DNA of 64,000 nt from the NCBI RefSeq assembly GCF_039877785.1, contig NC_092066.1:5251152-5315151 (forward strand), written 5' to 3'. The DNA is from Chaetodon trifascialis. Lineage: Eukaryota. The number at the start of each line of letters is the position of its first letter. Position 1 is the first letter of the stretch. The notes beneath the pieces are model-generated. The model was not told where the DNA came from. It saw only the letters and a program-made list of their open reading frames with translations, and made no database searches. Shown piece by piece: positions 22,617 to 34,467 of the stretch. The translations under genes were made by a program, and so were the position numbers.

Positions 22617-22731
22617 AGTCAGAGTGGCCAACAGGAGGCGCTTCAGTCCCTGCTCTCCAACTACTACTTCCTGTATGCTAATGTGCGCCACGGCCTCCTG
22701 CACCAGCTCCTGGAGACCTACAGCTTGTATG
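22617..22731 (+). CDS. tep1: TEP1 c1 exon 31 (SQSGQQEALQSLLSNYYFLYANVRHGLLHQLLETYSLY)
   Basis: tgttcag| ... TATG|gtgagc. Confidence 0.7.
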
Positions 22732-22865
22732 GTGAGCATGCACAACAATAGCTTGTCATTGTTTAGATGGTTCTTCCTTTAATCCTTCACATGTTTCCTC
22801 TTAAACAAATTCCCACAAACTGTGTTTTATTCCTTCTTCATACACCTTTCTCCTTGTGCTCTCAG

Positions 22866-23079
22866 TTGGCTTCCATGCTGATCTCAAGGACTGCCAGAGT
22901 TTCCTGCAGCGTCACGCTCTCCTGCTCTCTTCCTGGCCGATTCTTTTCATTCAGCAAGCCCTCATCGAGCCTTCTTGGACCTCTGCTTGCACCTGGGCAC
23001 AAGACCTGATGTTAGAAGAAGAAGAGGCTCGGGTAGTTGAAGTGCTAAACACTCACAATCAGCCCCTTCAGGAGACCAG
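22866..23079 (+). CDS. tep1: TEP1 c1 exon 32 (VGFHADLKDCQSFLQRHALLLSSWPILFIQQALIEPSWTSACTWAQDLMLEEEEARVVEVLNTHNQPLQET)
   Basis: ctctcag| ... CAG|gtaagc. Confidence 0.7.
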
Positions 23080-23247
23080 GTAAGCAGGTTGTCTGCAAAG
23101 TGGTTTAGAAGAAGTGTGTTAGAAGTTCTTCCCAAATCCACTCTTTGGGACTGAGGCTGACTTTTGAGAGCTTTATTTATTTTTTGCCTTTTTAGCTTAA
23201 TATTGGTATATAGGAATGTGTTAATGGCCTTGTGTGTTTCGTCGCAG

Positions 23248-23368
23248 TAAGCTGGTGTCGACCTTCACCTCTGAGCCGACCTGTTTGGTTGTGAGCTTGG
23301 ATGAAAAGCTGATGGTGGTTGGCACTGGACAGGGAACACTGTATTTCATCAACATGCAGACTGGACAG
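23248..23368 (+). CDS. tep1: TEP1 c1 exon 33 (SKLVSTFTSEPTCLVVSLDEKLMVVGTGQGTLYFINMQTGQ, first WD40 blade)
   Basis: gtcgcag| ... CAG|gtatgc. Confidence 0.8.
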
Positions 23369-23692
23369 GTATGCACAAATTTTCCAGCATATATGTACTT
23401 TTCTTCTCGTTGTGTCACACAGAAAATCTGCGACATGTTTACTGTACACAGACCGTAGTGACCGTTTGTAAATGCAGCAGTTCGGTAATCAGAGTGCTCC
23501 TCTACCCTGACCTCATGTTTCCTTCTGTGCTGCGGCACAGCGCTCACAGCCATACTTTCCTTGTCTAGTCTTTTTTTATGGACATACATAGAAAACAGAG
23601 TAGAAACCAGGATTTAAGTCTACACAATGTTCAAATTACTAAATTACTTATTAAAAAAAGTCTAATATCAACGCTCTTGTGGCTGTGAACAG

Positions 23693-23817
23693 GAAGTGAA
23701 ATCGCTGGTGAGCAGCTGCGACGGCATCTCGAGCTGTGTCTTTCTTAAGGATGAACGTCTTGCTACCACCTCCTTCGATGGACGGATAGAGATCTGGGAC
23801 ATCGAGAATGGCTGCAG
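23693..23817 (+). CDS. tep1: TEP1 c1 exon 34 (EVKSLVSSCDGISSCVFLKDERLATTSFDGRIEIWDIENGC)
   Basis: gtgaacag| ... GCAG|gtcaga. Confidence 0.8.
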
Positions 23818-23931
23818 GTCAGAGGAGGGTTGGAGGGACACTTCACAAAATGCCTCAGAGTGTACAAATCTTCAGATTTCTCAGATGTAGCACAAATTAA
23901 TGATGTTTGAATTCACTTGTGCTCCTTGCAG

Positions 23932-24031
23932 GACTGCTGTTATTGATGCCCACACCAATGCGATAACAGCGAGTGATATCACGTCAGACAGGAAGCACCT
24001 TGCCACTGTGTCTTTAGACTCCATGCTGAAA
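23932..24031 (+). CDS. tep1: TEP1 c1 exon 35 (RTAVIDAHTNAITASDITSDRKHLATVSLDSMLK)
   Basis: ccttgcag| ... AAA|gttagt. Confidence 0.75.
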
Positions 24032-24281
24032 GTTAGTCGTTGTGTGCAGAATTGTTTCCTGATGCTTGAGTTTCTGCCTTTTCTTGCTCCTTTTATTCTG
24101 TGGGATTTTAAACAGTTTTTTCGCCCAGGAAGAGTAGGAACTACATTTTTGCAGTTATTGAGGATCTGAATATACGTTGCCATAAATTTTGCTGTCAGCT
24201 GTTATTCAGTTGTACACATCACTGAAACAGTCAACAGTAACCTTCCTTACTCATGCTGACTGAATGATCTTCTGCTGTTAG

Positions 24282-24437
24282 GTGTGGTCCTCAGCTAAAG
24301 GGCACGAGGTCGCGGCCCTGCCCAGCTCCAGCCCTTTGAACTGTGTGACCTTTCACTGCGAGGATCACCTGCTGGCTGTTGGTAGCTGGAACGGGAACGT
24401 GATCGTGTGGAACTGGCTCCAGAATGAAACTCTTCCG
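24282..24437 (+). CDS. tep1: TEP1 c1 exon 36 (VWSSAKGHEVAALPSSSPLNCVTFHCEDHLLAVGSWNGNVIVWNWLQNETLP)
   Basis: ctgttag| ... CCG|gtgagt. Confidence 0.8.
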
Positions 24438-24750
24438 GTGAGTTATTGTGAGGAGAGGCCAAAGACGCATAGGAATAGGGAGCTAAAGTTAGCTTCATGT
24501 TCACTCTTTCAAAATAAAAGTAGTAATTCTGACACTGTAAAGGATGAAAAGCCAGACCTGTGCAGCCCACTCATAATCTTTACATGAGGCTAGCAGCTCA
24601 AGGCTACATTAGCCACCACTGGCATAACACACCTGAATGTTGAGCTGAATTTTGGTGGTTGAGTTGCATTGTGGGTAATGTTTGCAGCCAGGTTTTGACA
24701 GGTTTTATTTAAAAATACAACCGCCATTATTCCTTTGTCTGTTCCACCAG

Positions 24751-24966
24751 CCTCTGTTGGGTCACCAGAGCTCAGTGCGCAGTCTCTCCTTCTCCACCTC
24801 CTCCTCCTCCATGCTCTGCTCTGGTTCTGTGACTGGAGAGGTCAGGGTGTGGTCGGTGCCCACCTCCACCTGTGTGGGATGTTTCCAGGCTCACTCTGGA
24901 GCCACCGAGGCCCTCACCTTCCTGAAAGAAGGCAGCATGCTGCTAAGCGCCGGCTCCGATCACACG
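24751..24966 (+). CDS. tep1: TEP1 c1 exon 37 (PLLGHQSSVRSLSFSTSSSSMLCSGSVTGEVRVWSVPTSTCVGCFQAHSGATEALTFLKEGSMLLSAGSDHT)
   Basis: tccaccag| ... ACG|gtgagg. Confidence 0.8.
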
Positions 24967-25128
24967 GTGAGGCATCGCTGCCTGTATACAATGAGCCAGG
25001 ATCTGAGAAATTAAACTTAGCTCCACGGGCCAGAGTGGCTGGATTATGATAATATAATTACTGCACATTTACTGCTTTACTCACCTAATTATTACTAATT
25101 ATCATTTTCTTGTCCTTCTGTAAAACAG

Positions 25129-25185
25129 CTCCAGCTGTGGTCGGCGGGACTTGGACGTTTGGTCTCCACATTAACAAGTGATGAA
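25129..25185 (+). CDS. tep1: TEP1 c1 exon 38 (LQLWSAGLGRLVSTLTSDE)
   Basis: taaaacag| ... GAA|gtaagc. Confidence 0.65.
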
Positions 25186-25299
25186 GTAAGCTCCTTATTT
25201 ATCTTGTGTATAAATGTTACCTTCAAGCTGCTCAGCTTATCTTCATCATGTCCTGCTGTTTTTTTGTGTGTTTTTTTTGTTTTTGTTTTTTTTTTAAAA

Positions 25300-27712
25300 C
25301 ATATCTTTATTTATTTTTTGTGTTCAAACAACAACAAACACTTTGAACATATGGCAGTAATGAAAGTAATAAGAGAAAAAAAAATACTAATACAGTTGAA
25401 ATAAATAATTTTTTTAAAAAAGGAAGAATAAATTACATCAAGGAATTAGTGAAATTACTGAGCAACAGGTAAATACAAGGAAGGAATAGAAGGGAGAAAA
25501 AGAAAAAAAAAAAGCACACTCTTGTCAGTACCTTAAATGTTATGTATTTCCCATTGCCACATCTGTATCTCCAACTTCCAACAGTTCTAGAAACAACTTC
25601 CAGATGTCATAAAATTCAGAAGGCTTCTTTCTGACAATATAGGTCAGCTTCTCAAGAGCCAAGCTCGACGTTAAGTTATTCAACCATTGGTTAAAAGAGG
25701 GGCAGCTAACATTCTTCCAACATAATGCAATACAGCGTTTGGCCTGCAGTAAACAATGGTCAACCATTTTTCTTTCTCTGTGAGATAAAGGACAGTCCTC
25801 TGGATAAATGCCTAAAATGCAAAGCTTAGGACATAGAGGTACAGGGGAAGTTGTGATTTGAGAGATATATTTTAACACAGAGCTCCAAAATTTTTGGATT
25901 TCTTTACATTTCCATAAACAGTGAAACAATGTACCCTGGTGGTTGTTGCATTTATAACAAAGATCAGGTACATTAGAATCAAATTTATTTAATTGTACAG
26001 GGGAAATATATGTTCGCATTATCCAGTTAAATTGTACCATTCTCAATCGAGTGTTGATGGTTTGAGTATGTGTTTTTAAACATATACTACTCCATTCACT
26101 GAGTGAAATGTCCTGTTCTAAGTCACTTATCCACTCCCATCTCTTACTGTCCAAGTTGTCATTATGATTTTCAACCAGCATATTATAAAACCGGGAAACC
26201 AATTTTTTTCCAAAACAGTCTTTTGTGACGTGTTTCTAAGGTAGATAATGGAGGTTGTTGTATTGAATTGTTTAAGTGAGACAAAATAAAACTTCGAAGT
26301 TGTAAATATTTAAAGAAATGTTTCTGTGGTATATCAAACTTAGTCTTTAACTCACTGAATGACATTAGAGTACACTCCTCATATACATCCTGCATTCTTA
26401 TTATACCCTTGTTCAGCCAAGTTTTAAAGCCCATATCGTTCTTTGCCGGGGCAAAGTGATCGTTACCCCAGATCGGGGCAAAACAGGACAACCTTGGAGA
26501 GTCACACAAGAATTTTTGTACTACATGCCAAACCATAATGGTATTTTTTACAAAAGGATTAGTAGTATCTTTCTTTAATGTTTTTAAAGATGCTGAGTAT
26601 AAATAGCTGTTCAGTGATAAACCTTTTGAGGATTGTTTTTCAATTTCTAACCAGGGCATGACAACGTCTTTAGAAAACCAGAACATTGTGGCCCTCAACT
26701 GTGCAGCCCAATAATACCATTCTAGATTAGGCAGTTGTAGCCCACCCCTATCGTAAGGTAGATATAAGAGGGAGAGTCTGAGTCTTGGCTTCCTATTGTT
26801 CCAGATGAAATTGGAAAGAAGCTTTTGGTCTTGGGAAAAAAAGAAGGAGGAGGGGCTAGTGGAATTGATTGAAAAACAAATAGGAATTTAGGTAATATAG
26901 TCATCTTTATTATGTTTATTCTTCCCAAAATAGAGAGAGGTAGCGTTGTCCATTTCGAGATTTCTTCTGACACGCTAAGTAACAAAGGTTCATAATTGGC
27001 TGAGCTGAGATTATTAATCTTTGGGGTTATTTTGATGCCCAAGTACTTAAATCCTTCAGTGGCATTCATAAATGGATGTGATACTAAAGGTTTCTTCCTT
27101 TCGTTTTCATTTAAAAACATTATAGATGACTTTTCTTTGTTTACTTTAAACCCGGATATATTTCCAAATTGATTGAACAGCTCCAAGAGAGATGGTATCG
27201 ATTCTGCAAGTTGTGATAAGAATACAATAGTATCATCAGTGTACATCGCTGTATTGTGTTCTAAATCTCCAATCTTAATACCATGAATTAAGGGATGAGA
27301 TCTGATCGCTATTGCTAATGGTTCCATGGCTATTACAAAAAGAAGAGGTGAAATTGGTGACCCCTGCCTAGTGCCCCGAAATAACTCAAAAGGCTGAGAG
27401 ATGAAATTATTAGTAGATACCATTGCAGAGGAATCAACAAATAAAATTTCGACCCAACGACGAAAGTGATCCCCAAATCCAAACCGTCTAAGCACCTCGA
27501 GTAGATAGGGCCATTCGACTCGGTCGAACGCCTTTTTGGCGTCAAGTGTTAAAATTTCAGTGTCCGGGGACTCTTCACATTCATGAATTATGTTAAGAAC
27601 TCTCCTCACATTGTGGAACCCCTGTCGCTTTTGCACAAAGCCATTCTGGTCTCCATGTATATTTGTGTGTTTTTTTAACATAAATCTCATATTTCTCTCC
27701 AAATCAATTGCT
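25300..27712 (-). mobile_element. 5'-truncated L1-clade-like LINE (RT plus C-terminal Cys-rich domain) in TEP1 copy-1 intron 38
   Basis: Minus-strand ORFs 26722..27702 (RT: DAKKAFDRVEWPYLLEVLRRFGF, GTRQGSPISPLLFVIAMEPLA, MYTDDTIVF), 26183..26698 and 25540..26202 (CYKCNNHQGTLFHCLWKC zinc knuckle). An A/T-rich 3' end on the plus strand lies around 25260-25400. Confidence 0.8.
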
Positions 27713-27728
27713 CCACTGGATGTTTCAG

Positions 27729-27867
27729 TACGAGCAGGAGCCTCCTCTGAAGAAACGGAGGTCTGTAGCCTCTGAGCCTGCTGCTGCTCTGTGTGTGGCT
27801 GTCAATGGAGACTACGTCGCCGTGGGCTACCACGGCAATGGCATCAGACTTTTCAGTCTTAACCCAG
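27729..27867 (+). CDS. tep1: TEP1 c1 exon 39 (YEQEPPLKKRRSVASEPAAALCVAVNGDYVAVGYHGNGIRLFSLNP)
   Basis: tgtttcag| ... CCAG|gtgtgt. It begins ~20 nt after the 5' edge of the minus-strand LINE. Confidence 0.7.
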
Positions 27868-27977
27868 GTGTGTTTTTATGTCTTTCCTCTTCTCTGCATG
27901 AGTGTTGTCCAAAATGAAGATAGTGTGCTTTTAATATAGATCTGGTAAACGAGCGTAACAGTCTTCATTTGATTGTA

Positions 27978-28229
27978 GTTGAGGAGATTTGGGCCTCCGA
28001 GGACCTGGACGTGTCTACGCTGAGCCTGCTGTGGCTCGTTGAGAATGCAGAGCAGACCGAACCAGAGCTGCTGCTGTCTGCAGGAAGTGACAAACGTGTG
28101 AGGATCTGGAAGAAGAAAGAAGGAGAGGACGGAATGCTAGTCGGCCTGGAAATGTTGGGGCTGTCCAATGTGCAGTCAGGCCCCATCCTGGCATTGGCAC
28201 AAAACTCCACATACCTGGCTACAGCTACA
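27978..28229 (+). CDS. tep1: TEP1 c1 exon 40 (VEEIWASEDLDVSTLSLLWLVENAEQTEPELLLSAGSDKRVRIWKKKEGEDGMLVGLEMLGLSNVQSGPILALAQNSTYLATAT)
   Basis: attgtag| ... ACAG|gtgagt. Confidence 0.75.
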
Positions 28230-28477
28230 GGTGAGTGTTCCAGATGGTAAATTTAAAATACGACTTTCAAAGGCAACATACTTATGTTTCTGAGGGAGAA
28301 GCTGTTTTTTTCAGCCTCCTCTTCTGAAAATGTAACACTTTCTGCTTGTAACTCTTTGGTATTCACCTGTCAAAAATATTGCGTTATCTCGCACTGTCAT
28401 ATATGCTCTGTAATGTTGTCAAGGAATGTTCTATGTTTTTCCATATTTAATAAAAATAAAAATACAGTTAAAAAAAA

Positions 28478-29352
28478 AAAAATTGCGTTATCAACGCATT
28501 AACGCAAATTGATTTCAACATCATTTTTTTTATCGCGAGATTAACGCTCTTTGTGACCTAGTGAACTTGTAGTTTTTTATAAGCTGTGGCCACTGCTAGT
28601 AACGTAAGAAAAACTACAGGATCCAGTTGTAAACCAGAAACAAAACAATAGGCACGTCCCACGCACGTGTTTTGTCTTGCCTGCTCACTCGCTGTGTGGA
28701 TGTCAAGCGCGAAACGCCGAAATGGATGCGAACAAGATTCTGAATGGAAAGTTCATTTTCAAAAAGTTGCCAGATGGGTCGACACACAAGACCAAAGTTA
28801 TCTGTGTGTATTGTTGGTGTGAACTGAGTTATCACCGCAGCACATCCAGTCTGAAATACCACCTGATGGCCAAACACACGGCGAATGCGAATTCTCCGCC
28901 GCCTCCTTGTCAAAACCAGGCGACAATGGATGGCTTTCGACAGAGGCATATGGATGCTATTATCTTCAAAGGAGTCCTAGTTTACAATGATGTGCACTTC
29001 ATAACCTTATCTTGTATCACCCTGTTTTGATCCCTTAGAAAGGGTTGTTGAAGGGGCTTTTTGTCATCTGTTTGACACTGTTAAATTGTGAGAGATTTTA
29101 TTCATTCAAATGTGAATGACTGCTCAAAGTGAGAATGTTAGTGTGAAATAAAACACTACACGTTGCTGTTTTCAATTAAAAACATTTGCACAAAGCAAGC
29201 CGATCCACTTTTCCATGTTGATAACAGTATTAAAATGATAATTCAAGGGACATTTAGAATAGATGAAAATGTGCGATTAATTTGCGATTAATCGCAAGTT
29301 AACTATGACATTCATGAGATTAATCGCGATTAAAAATTGTAATCGATTGACA
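28478..29352. mobile_element. Non-autonomous hAT-like element with subterminal GCGATTAATCGC-type palindromic repeats and a BED-zinc-finger ORF remnant (TEP1 copy-1 intron 40)
   Basis: ORF 28677..29030 holds KVICVYCWCELSYHRSTSSLKYHLMAKH (Cx2C...Hx4H BED pattern). Repeats appear at 28480-28545 (ttgcgttatcaacgcattaacgcaa) and 29265-29330 (gcgattaatttgcgattaatcgcaag...attaatcgcgattaa). Confidence 0.55.
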
Positions 29353-29390
29353 GCACTAGTATTCACTCTTCTGTATTTCCCTTGAATTAG

Positions 29391-29542
29391 ATGATTGGAT
29401 GATCTTTCTGTGGCAGCTGAACACGCTGCCCCTCAACCACTCCGTTGACCCTTTTGAACTCCTTCCGGGCCACAGTGCAGGAGTCACCTGTCTGGCCTTC
29501 AGCCCTGATGGTAAAATGCTGCTTTCTGGCGGAAAGGATCAG
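29391..29542 (+). CDS. tep1: TEP1 c1 exon 41 (DDWMIFLWQLNTLPLNHSVDPFELLPGHSAGVTCLAFSPDGKMLLSGGKDQ)
   Basis: The acceptor cccttgaattag| was chosen because it keeps the frame from exon 40 (phase 1). The nearer acceptor tggcag| would be out of frame. Donor CAG|gtacgg. Confidence 0.6.
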
Positions 29543-30198
29543 GTACGGTGTGTTTGTGCTGCAGTGTTGTGACAGTGTCAGGATTTTGTTTTTAATACAA
29601 ACACTGACTATTAATACAAAACATTTGCTGTTGAGTTGACATGACACAGTATATGATATCACAGAGTGTCTTGATGCAACTCTCTGATCAGTTTGAAGGA
29701 TGCCGTTTGTGGTGCTGTTGAACTGAATGAAGAAAGGTGTCTCTGTAATGTAGCCCGGTGGCTCCCAGCCTTTTTCCTATCATTTAGTGAACAGGTGTCA
29801 ACAAAGTGACACATTTTATGTTTAATTAATTATTAATATTAATTGCATAACAATAACAGCAGAGAACAACTGATTAAACTGTACAATTAACCCACTTAGT
29901 GAGCGCAATAACTGCAGGAAGTTTGTGTAAGACAAGCAATTTTGCATTGAGATGAGTTTCCTGATATTTTTATACAACTTTTTATACAATTCTTTGCCAG
30001 TTTTTTTGTATTTGTATGTATTTCTTTGGTTGTGTGAACTGTGTACTTTCTAATGCAGGGTGAAGCCCCTTTCATGTAGCTTGTGTTCAGGTCTTTATCG
30101 TGTCCTTTGGCGACCCCTAGTTGGGGTTGGGACCCTCAGGCTGTGAACCAGTGATTTCAGTCGATATACTGCAGTACTGACAGGTGTCTTTCTTTCAG

Positions 30199-30306
30199 TG
30201 CCTGATGGTGTGGGATGTGAGCGGGTCACCTGTTTTCCTCTCCAAGGCTTTTCCTCATTCCCACAAAGACTGGATCACCAGCTGCGCTTGGACTCCAGAC
30301 TATGTG
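30199..30306 (+). CDS. tep1: TEP1 c1 exon 42 (CLMVWDVSGSPVFLSKAFPHSHKDWITSCAWTPDYV)
   Basis: ctttcag| ... GTG|gtaaat. Confidence 0.8.
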
Positions 30307-30458
30307 GTAAATCCTCATCACATTTTGTGTTGTATAGAAATTTAAGTATGCTGAGTTACAGATCTATTACCTGAAAGTCTTATCACTCTGTTCTGCCATC
30401 TACAGCACCATTGTGTTTCCTTTAACTTGTCTTCATCAAGCCTCCCTTTTCTGCTGCA

Positions 30459-30563
30459 GGTCAGCACCTCAGTCGATGGGCGGCTTTGTGTCGTGGATCC
30501 GCAGACGGACCAGTGCCTCAGAGAAATTTCCTGGGGGAGTCCTCTTACATCTGTCAGCTGTGT
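30459..30563 (+). CDS. tep1: TEP1 c1 exon 43 (VSTSVDGRLCVVDPQTDQCLREISWGSPLTSVSCV)
   Basis: gctgcag| ... GTG|gtgagc. Confidence 0.75.
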
Positions 30564-30652
30564 GGTGAGCAGATCTATCTTTCGGAGAAAAAACAGCATG
30601 CATTGTTTCCCTCTCTTCAAACAAAACGAGATGTTTGGTGCTTGTGTGTGCA

Positions 30653-30782
30653 GGGACAGTATGTGATCGCCGGCTGTGCAGAGGGAGCGCTGCATGTTTG
30701 GACTCAGGAAAAGAGCGCAGAAATCTGCCACATTGCTGCACATGAGCAGCGTATCAACCACTGCGCTCTCCTACTACACACA
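30653..30782 (+). CDS. tep1: TEP1 c1 exon 44 (GQYVIAGCAEGALHVWTQEKSAEICHIAAHEQRINHCALLLHT)
   Basis: gtgtgcag| ... ACAG|gtgaac. Confidence 0.75.
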
Positions 30783-30892
30783 GGTGAACTGTCTGGAGTG
30801 CACATATACTTACTCTTTGTAATTGTTCTCTTTCGCTTTGTTCCTAGTTTGATATTAATAGTTCCTTTTTTTAATTTCTGCATTGTTTTTAA

Positions 30893-30978
30893 GACAAGAC
30901 CAAAGAAGTGAACCCTGAAGAAATGACTGTTCTCACTGCGTCTGATGACGGCTCAGTGAAGCTCTGGAAGCCACTACA
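30893..30978 (+). CDS. tep1: TEP1 c1 exon 45 (DKTKEVNPEEMTVLTASDDGSVKLWKPLQ)
   Basis: tttttaag| ... CAG|gtctgt. Confidence 0.75.
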
Positions 30979-31275
30979 GGTCTGTCGGTCCAAATAAGAT
31001 TAGAAAGTGCTTTAAAAGGGTTTTTCACAATTCAGTGAAATATTTCCTTTATATGTATGTGTATCATTTTTGTCCTGGTCGTGTTTTTTAGCGTTAATCA
31101 CACATTTTCTTTGGCTTGGACTCATCTAAAGTTCTAGTGTAGATACAGGGCTGAAATGACTTCCTTAAGGTTTTTAATCATAATAAGAGTGGAGACTGTC
31201 ACTTATTTTTCTATTTTTTGTTTCCTGTCTCACTTTCTTCATGTATTTATCTGTGTTTGTATATTTTACATGCAG

Positions 31276-31402
31276 GTGGAGCACTACAGCACCTTCCAGG
31301 GTCACAGCGGTGCGATATCTGGAGTTGTTTCCAAAGAAGGACTCCCAGAGTTCCTCACTGTCTCTGAAGACCGCTCATTACGGTGCTGGACATTGACAAT
31401 AG
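31276..31402 (+). CDS. tep1: TEP1 c1 exon 46 (VEHYSTFQGHSGAISGVVSKEGLPEFLTVSEDRSLRCWTLTI)
   Basis: catgcag| ... ATAG|gtaatc. Confidence 0.8.
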
Positions 31403-31944
31403 GTAATCCTTAGTAATCTGCCTTTATGTGATATGATATGTTGTGCGTGTACCTTTTTCTTTGAAGAGCTCTGTGCTTTGCTTTTTTTTACCCTCAAAAA
31501 ATTTGGCAGTGCATTCTTTTGGCCTTGAATGGTGTCTTCAGGTATTCCTTTCAGGCTGCATTCAGCCCCAATAACCCTCACAACTAAGGTAGAGCAGCAT
31601 AACCCAGGGCAGAAAAGTCAGCAAAGTACTCATGCTCATTGCTTTATGGCATGACGTGAGTGAAGTGAGTGAATCAACATTTTATCAGTTCAGGTCTATA
31701 AAAGTGAGGGGGACAAAAATCCTCATTTCTTGTGAATGTGATGCCCTTGATCACACCAAAAATGTTATGGGTTGCACTTTATATTAAGGTAAACATATTC
31801 ACTATGAACCAGCTGCTTATTAGCATGTATATAGTGGCCTTTTTCTGGAGGTTAGGGTTATTAAGAGTTAGGGTTACGTTATTAAGATCATAATTGGTTA
31901 ATCTGTGGTGTGTCCCAGTTCACCAGTGTGTCCTCTCTTTCCAG

Positions 31945-32075
31945 AGGGTCCTCCGTCAGAGAAGGGCCCAGTCACAGCTCTCTGCTTCTATCCCAGAGAT
32001 GCTTTGCTTCTTGTTGGTTATGAATCCGGTTTTCTCGAGTTATGGCAGCATGAGTCCGTTGTCGGCTGCAAGCAG
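31945..32075 (+). CDS. tep1: TEP1 c1 exon 47 (EGPPSEKGPVTALCFYPRDALLLVGYESGFLELWQHESVVGCKQ)
   Basis: ctttccag| ... CAG|gtgaag. Confidence 0.8.
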
Positions 32076-32163
32076 GTGAAGACACGCACCAGAAAGTGGA
32101 TGTATACCACAGACAGGTGTGCGGTGTTTGTGTAATTGCATGGTGTGTCTGTTTGTGTGTCAG

Positions 32164-32285
32164 ACCTCAGACAGCGGCATCACAGCGATCTGCTCCATGC
32201 CCGACGGCCAGTTTGCTGTCAGCTACATGAAACCTGCTGTTGATGTGTGGAAGCTAGTGTGGAATCAACAACAATGCACAGCGAG
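32164..32285 (+). CDS. tep1: TEP1 c1 exon 48 (TSDSGITAICSMPDGQFAVSYMKPAVDVWKLVWNQQQCTA)
   Basis: gtgtgtcag| ... GAG|gtaaac. Confidence 0.75.
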
Positions 32286-32758
32286 GTAAACAGAAGCAAA
32301 ACAGTCACGCTGCGAAGCTGCCATGCTGGCCTGCAGTACACTACTAAGAAAGCAACAGAATAAAACAATGAACACATTTTTATTGATACCAGTGTTCATT
32401 TGTAGGTGACAAACAAATGTGATAGAAAAAAATGCAAATATAGATTGAAAGTTATCAGCCTCAACCTGTTCAAAATATGAAAAAGTAGTAAAGAAACATG
32501 CACATGAGGAACTATTTTGATGTTTTCACGCCTTAAATTATCTGAAAGTAGCAACTCCACTGTAACCGCCCAACAAGTCATGTGCACGTGCACTCCCTCC
32601 TAAAAGCAGACAATTAAAATAATACACAAATAAGTGTTACTGAACATCGCTGATAAGCTGATTGAGAGCGGTGTTTCCGTGTGGACCTGAAATAAGGTGT
32701 GAGCAGTTCGATTACACACTAACCAGTCTCGCTCTGTCCTGTGTTCTGTCGCTCCCAG

Positions 32759-32902
32759 CCCGGTGAAGGTAAACACCTACAAAGTGAACACCCCAGTGGT
32801 CCGCCTCAACTACTGCTCCATCCTGCTCGGTGTGTCACACGATGGAAGAATATTTGCCGTCGCGGCCGATGAGGAACACATGTGGTCCCAAACAATCACC
32901 CA
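32759..32902 (+). CDS. tep1: TEP1 c1 exon 49 (SPVKVNTYKVNTPVVRLNYCSILLGVSHDGRIFAVAADEEHMWSQTIT)
   Basis: gctcccag| ... CA|gtaact. The donor is placed just before the in-frame TAA. Confidence 0.65.
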
Positions 32903-33215
32903 GTAACTCCACATACTGTTCTCTGTGTACCAAATCAGTCAGCGCAGTTTTAGTGAATCACTGTTGTTTTCATAATTTTTATGTGACTTTTAGTTTTGAC
33001 TTGTTGAATTGAGACAGAGGCATAATTTATTATTACATTAATTATTAGTTATCAATTCATGGTGATCAGAGAGATCTGATTCATGATCAGAGAGTTGTCT
33101 AGAATGCTGCTGCTGATGTTTGTCACATTTCCTGATTACATTAGCTCTAAATGATTGCTGCTGGGTTTTGCTTCTTGTACACTGATTGTGGGATTATGTA
33201 TTGTCTCTGTTGCAG

Positions 33216-33315
33216 ATGGGAGCAAAAAGTCCGAATTATGGGTTTGATCCCGAACGATGACAAAAGCATGTGGCTGGTGGGCGAATCAGAGGGAGAAGTT
33301 CAGATTAGCTCTATT
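33216..33315 (+). CDS. tep1: TEP1 c1 exon 50 (QWEQKVRIMGLIPNDDKSMWLVGESEGEVQISSI)
   Basis: gttgcag| ... ATT|gtgagt. Confidence 0.75.
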
Positions 33316-33620
33316 GTGAGTTTGCATTTTCTGTTGCTAATAATATAAGACTACTACAAATGTGCTCATTTTAACTCTCAGACTTATGAAAAGAAAACAT
33401 AATTGTCAATTAAATGAGCTTGTCTTTTTACAGAAAGTCATTTCTTCATCATTCCAGTTCAGATTTTTGTGACAAATTATTAAAAGAAAAATGGCTTTTT
33501 TATTCTGTCTGAGCAGCGCCTACATTTCAATTCAACATGAAGTCAAACGTCAAGTGTGGTGCACCACAAGCTTTGGTTTCAGTAAATGTTGATGATGCCT
33601 CTGTCCTCTTTTTTTCTCAG

Positions 33621-33732
33621 TTTGCAATGGGCCCCAAAAATTCATTATGTTCAGCTTTCAGCTCGATAAGTCTACAGGCCTACGATGAGGAGAAGAAGGG
33701 GAGCGTGATATCAGCCATAACAATGAGCAGAG
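33621..33732 (+). CDS. tep1: TEP1 c1 exon 51 (FAMGPKNSLCSAFSSISLQAYDEEKKGSVISAITMSR)
   Basis: tttctcag| ... AGAG|gtacta. Confidence 0.7.
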
Positions 33733-33801
33733 GTACTAAACATCTACAGTTTTTACTAACATTTTGCACAGCGTACCAACCTTTTTGAATTGGGGTTGTA
33801 C

Positions 33802-33805
<4 letters not shown>

Positions 33806-33894
<89 letters not shown>
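33806..33894. repeat. (TG)n microsatellite (~44 units) in TEP1 c1 intron 51
   Basis: Direct reading. Confidence 0.95.
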
Positions 33895-33896
<2 letters not shown>

Positions 33897-33955
33897 CAGT
33901 CTCTGATTTGGTTTCCGTATTGTGTGATTATCCAATGGGCTTTACATTCTTTCAG

Positions 33956-34038
33956 ATTTTGTGGTGTGTGGAGACATGAAGGGCAACATGTGGTTCATTC
34001 AGCCTCCTGAGCCTTCCACCTGGAGCAGCAGAAAACAT
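33956..34038 (+). CDS. tep1: TEP1 c1 exon 52 (DFVVCGDMKGNMWFIQPPEPSTWSSRKH)
   Basis: tctttcag| ... CAT|gtaaga. It lies just downstream of the (TG)n microsatellite. Confidence 0.75.
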
Positions 34039-34467
34039 GTAAGAGCTGAAATACTCTGAAACACAACATGAGGGATGAGCTTATGTGTGGAAAACAAAAA
34101 AGACAGACTCAGAGAAAACTACATTTACGGTTGAACCTTTCTGCATAGTTTTTAATGAATTATTGCAGCTTGGTGTTTCTCACAAAAGGTAGTGAGGTGG
34201 ACTTTCAACAAAGTCTGCAACACTGTTTGATCATTGATCATGAGTAAAGAAAAGCCACAAATCCTCACATTTGACAAGCTGGAACCATCACGTTTGCCAT
34301 TTTTGCTCAGTAAATCGATTAGCGGTTCTCAGAGTTGCTGATTAATTTTCTCTTGATTGACAAATTGTTTCAGCAGAACTTTCAACTGACAAGCTGAGCT
34401 GTAAAAATCTTAAGTGACAAAAAGAAAAAATCACCTGCCTTGTCAGTAAGCAGCAGCCATGTCTTTT

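Noticed and set aside
25540-27702. Minus-strand ORFs of 220, 171 and 326 aa in a TEP1 intron
   Set aside because: L1-like ORF2 fragments (RT plus Cys-rich tail), i.e. a transposon rather than an antisense host gene.
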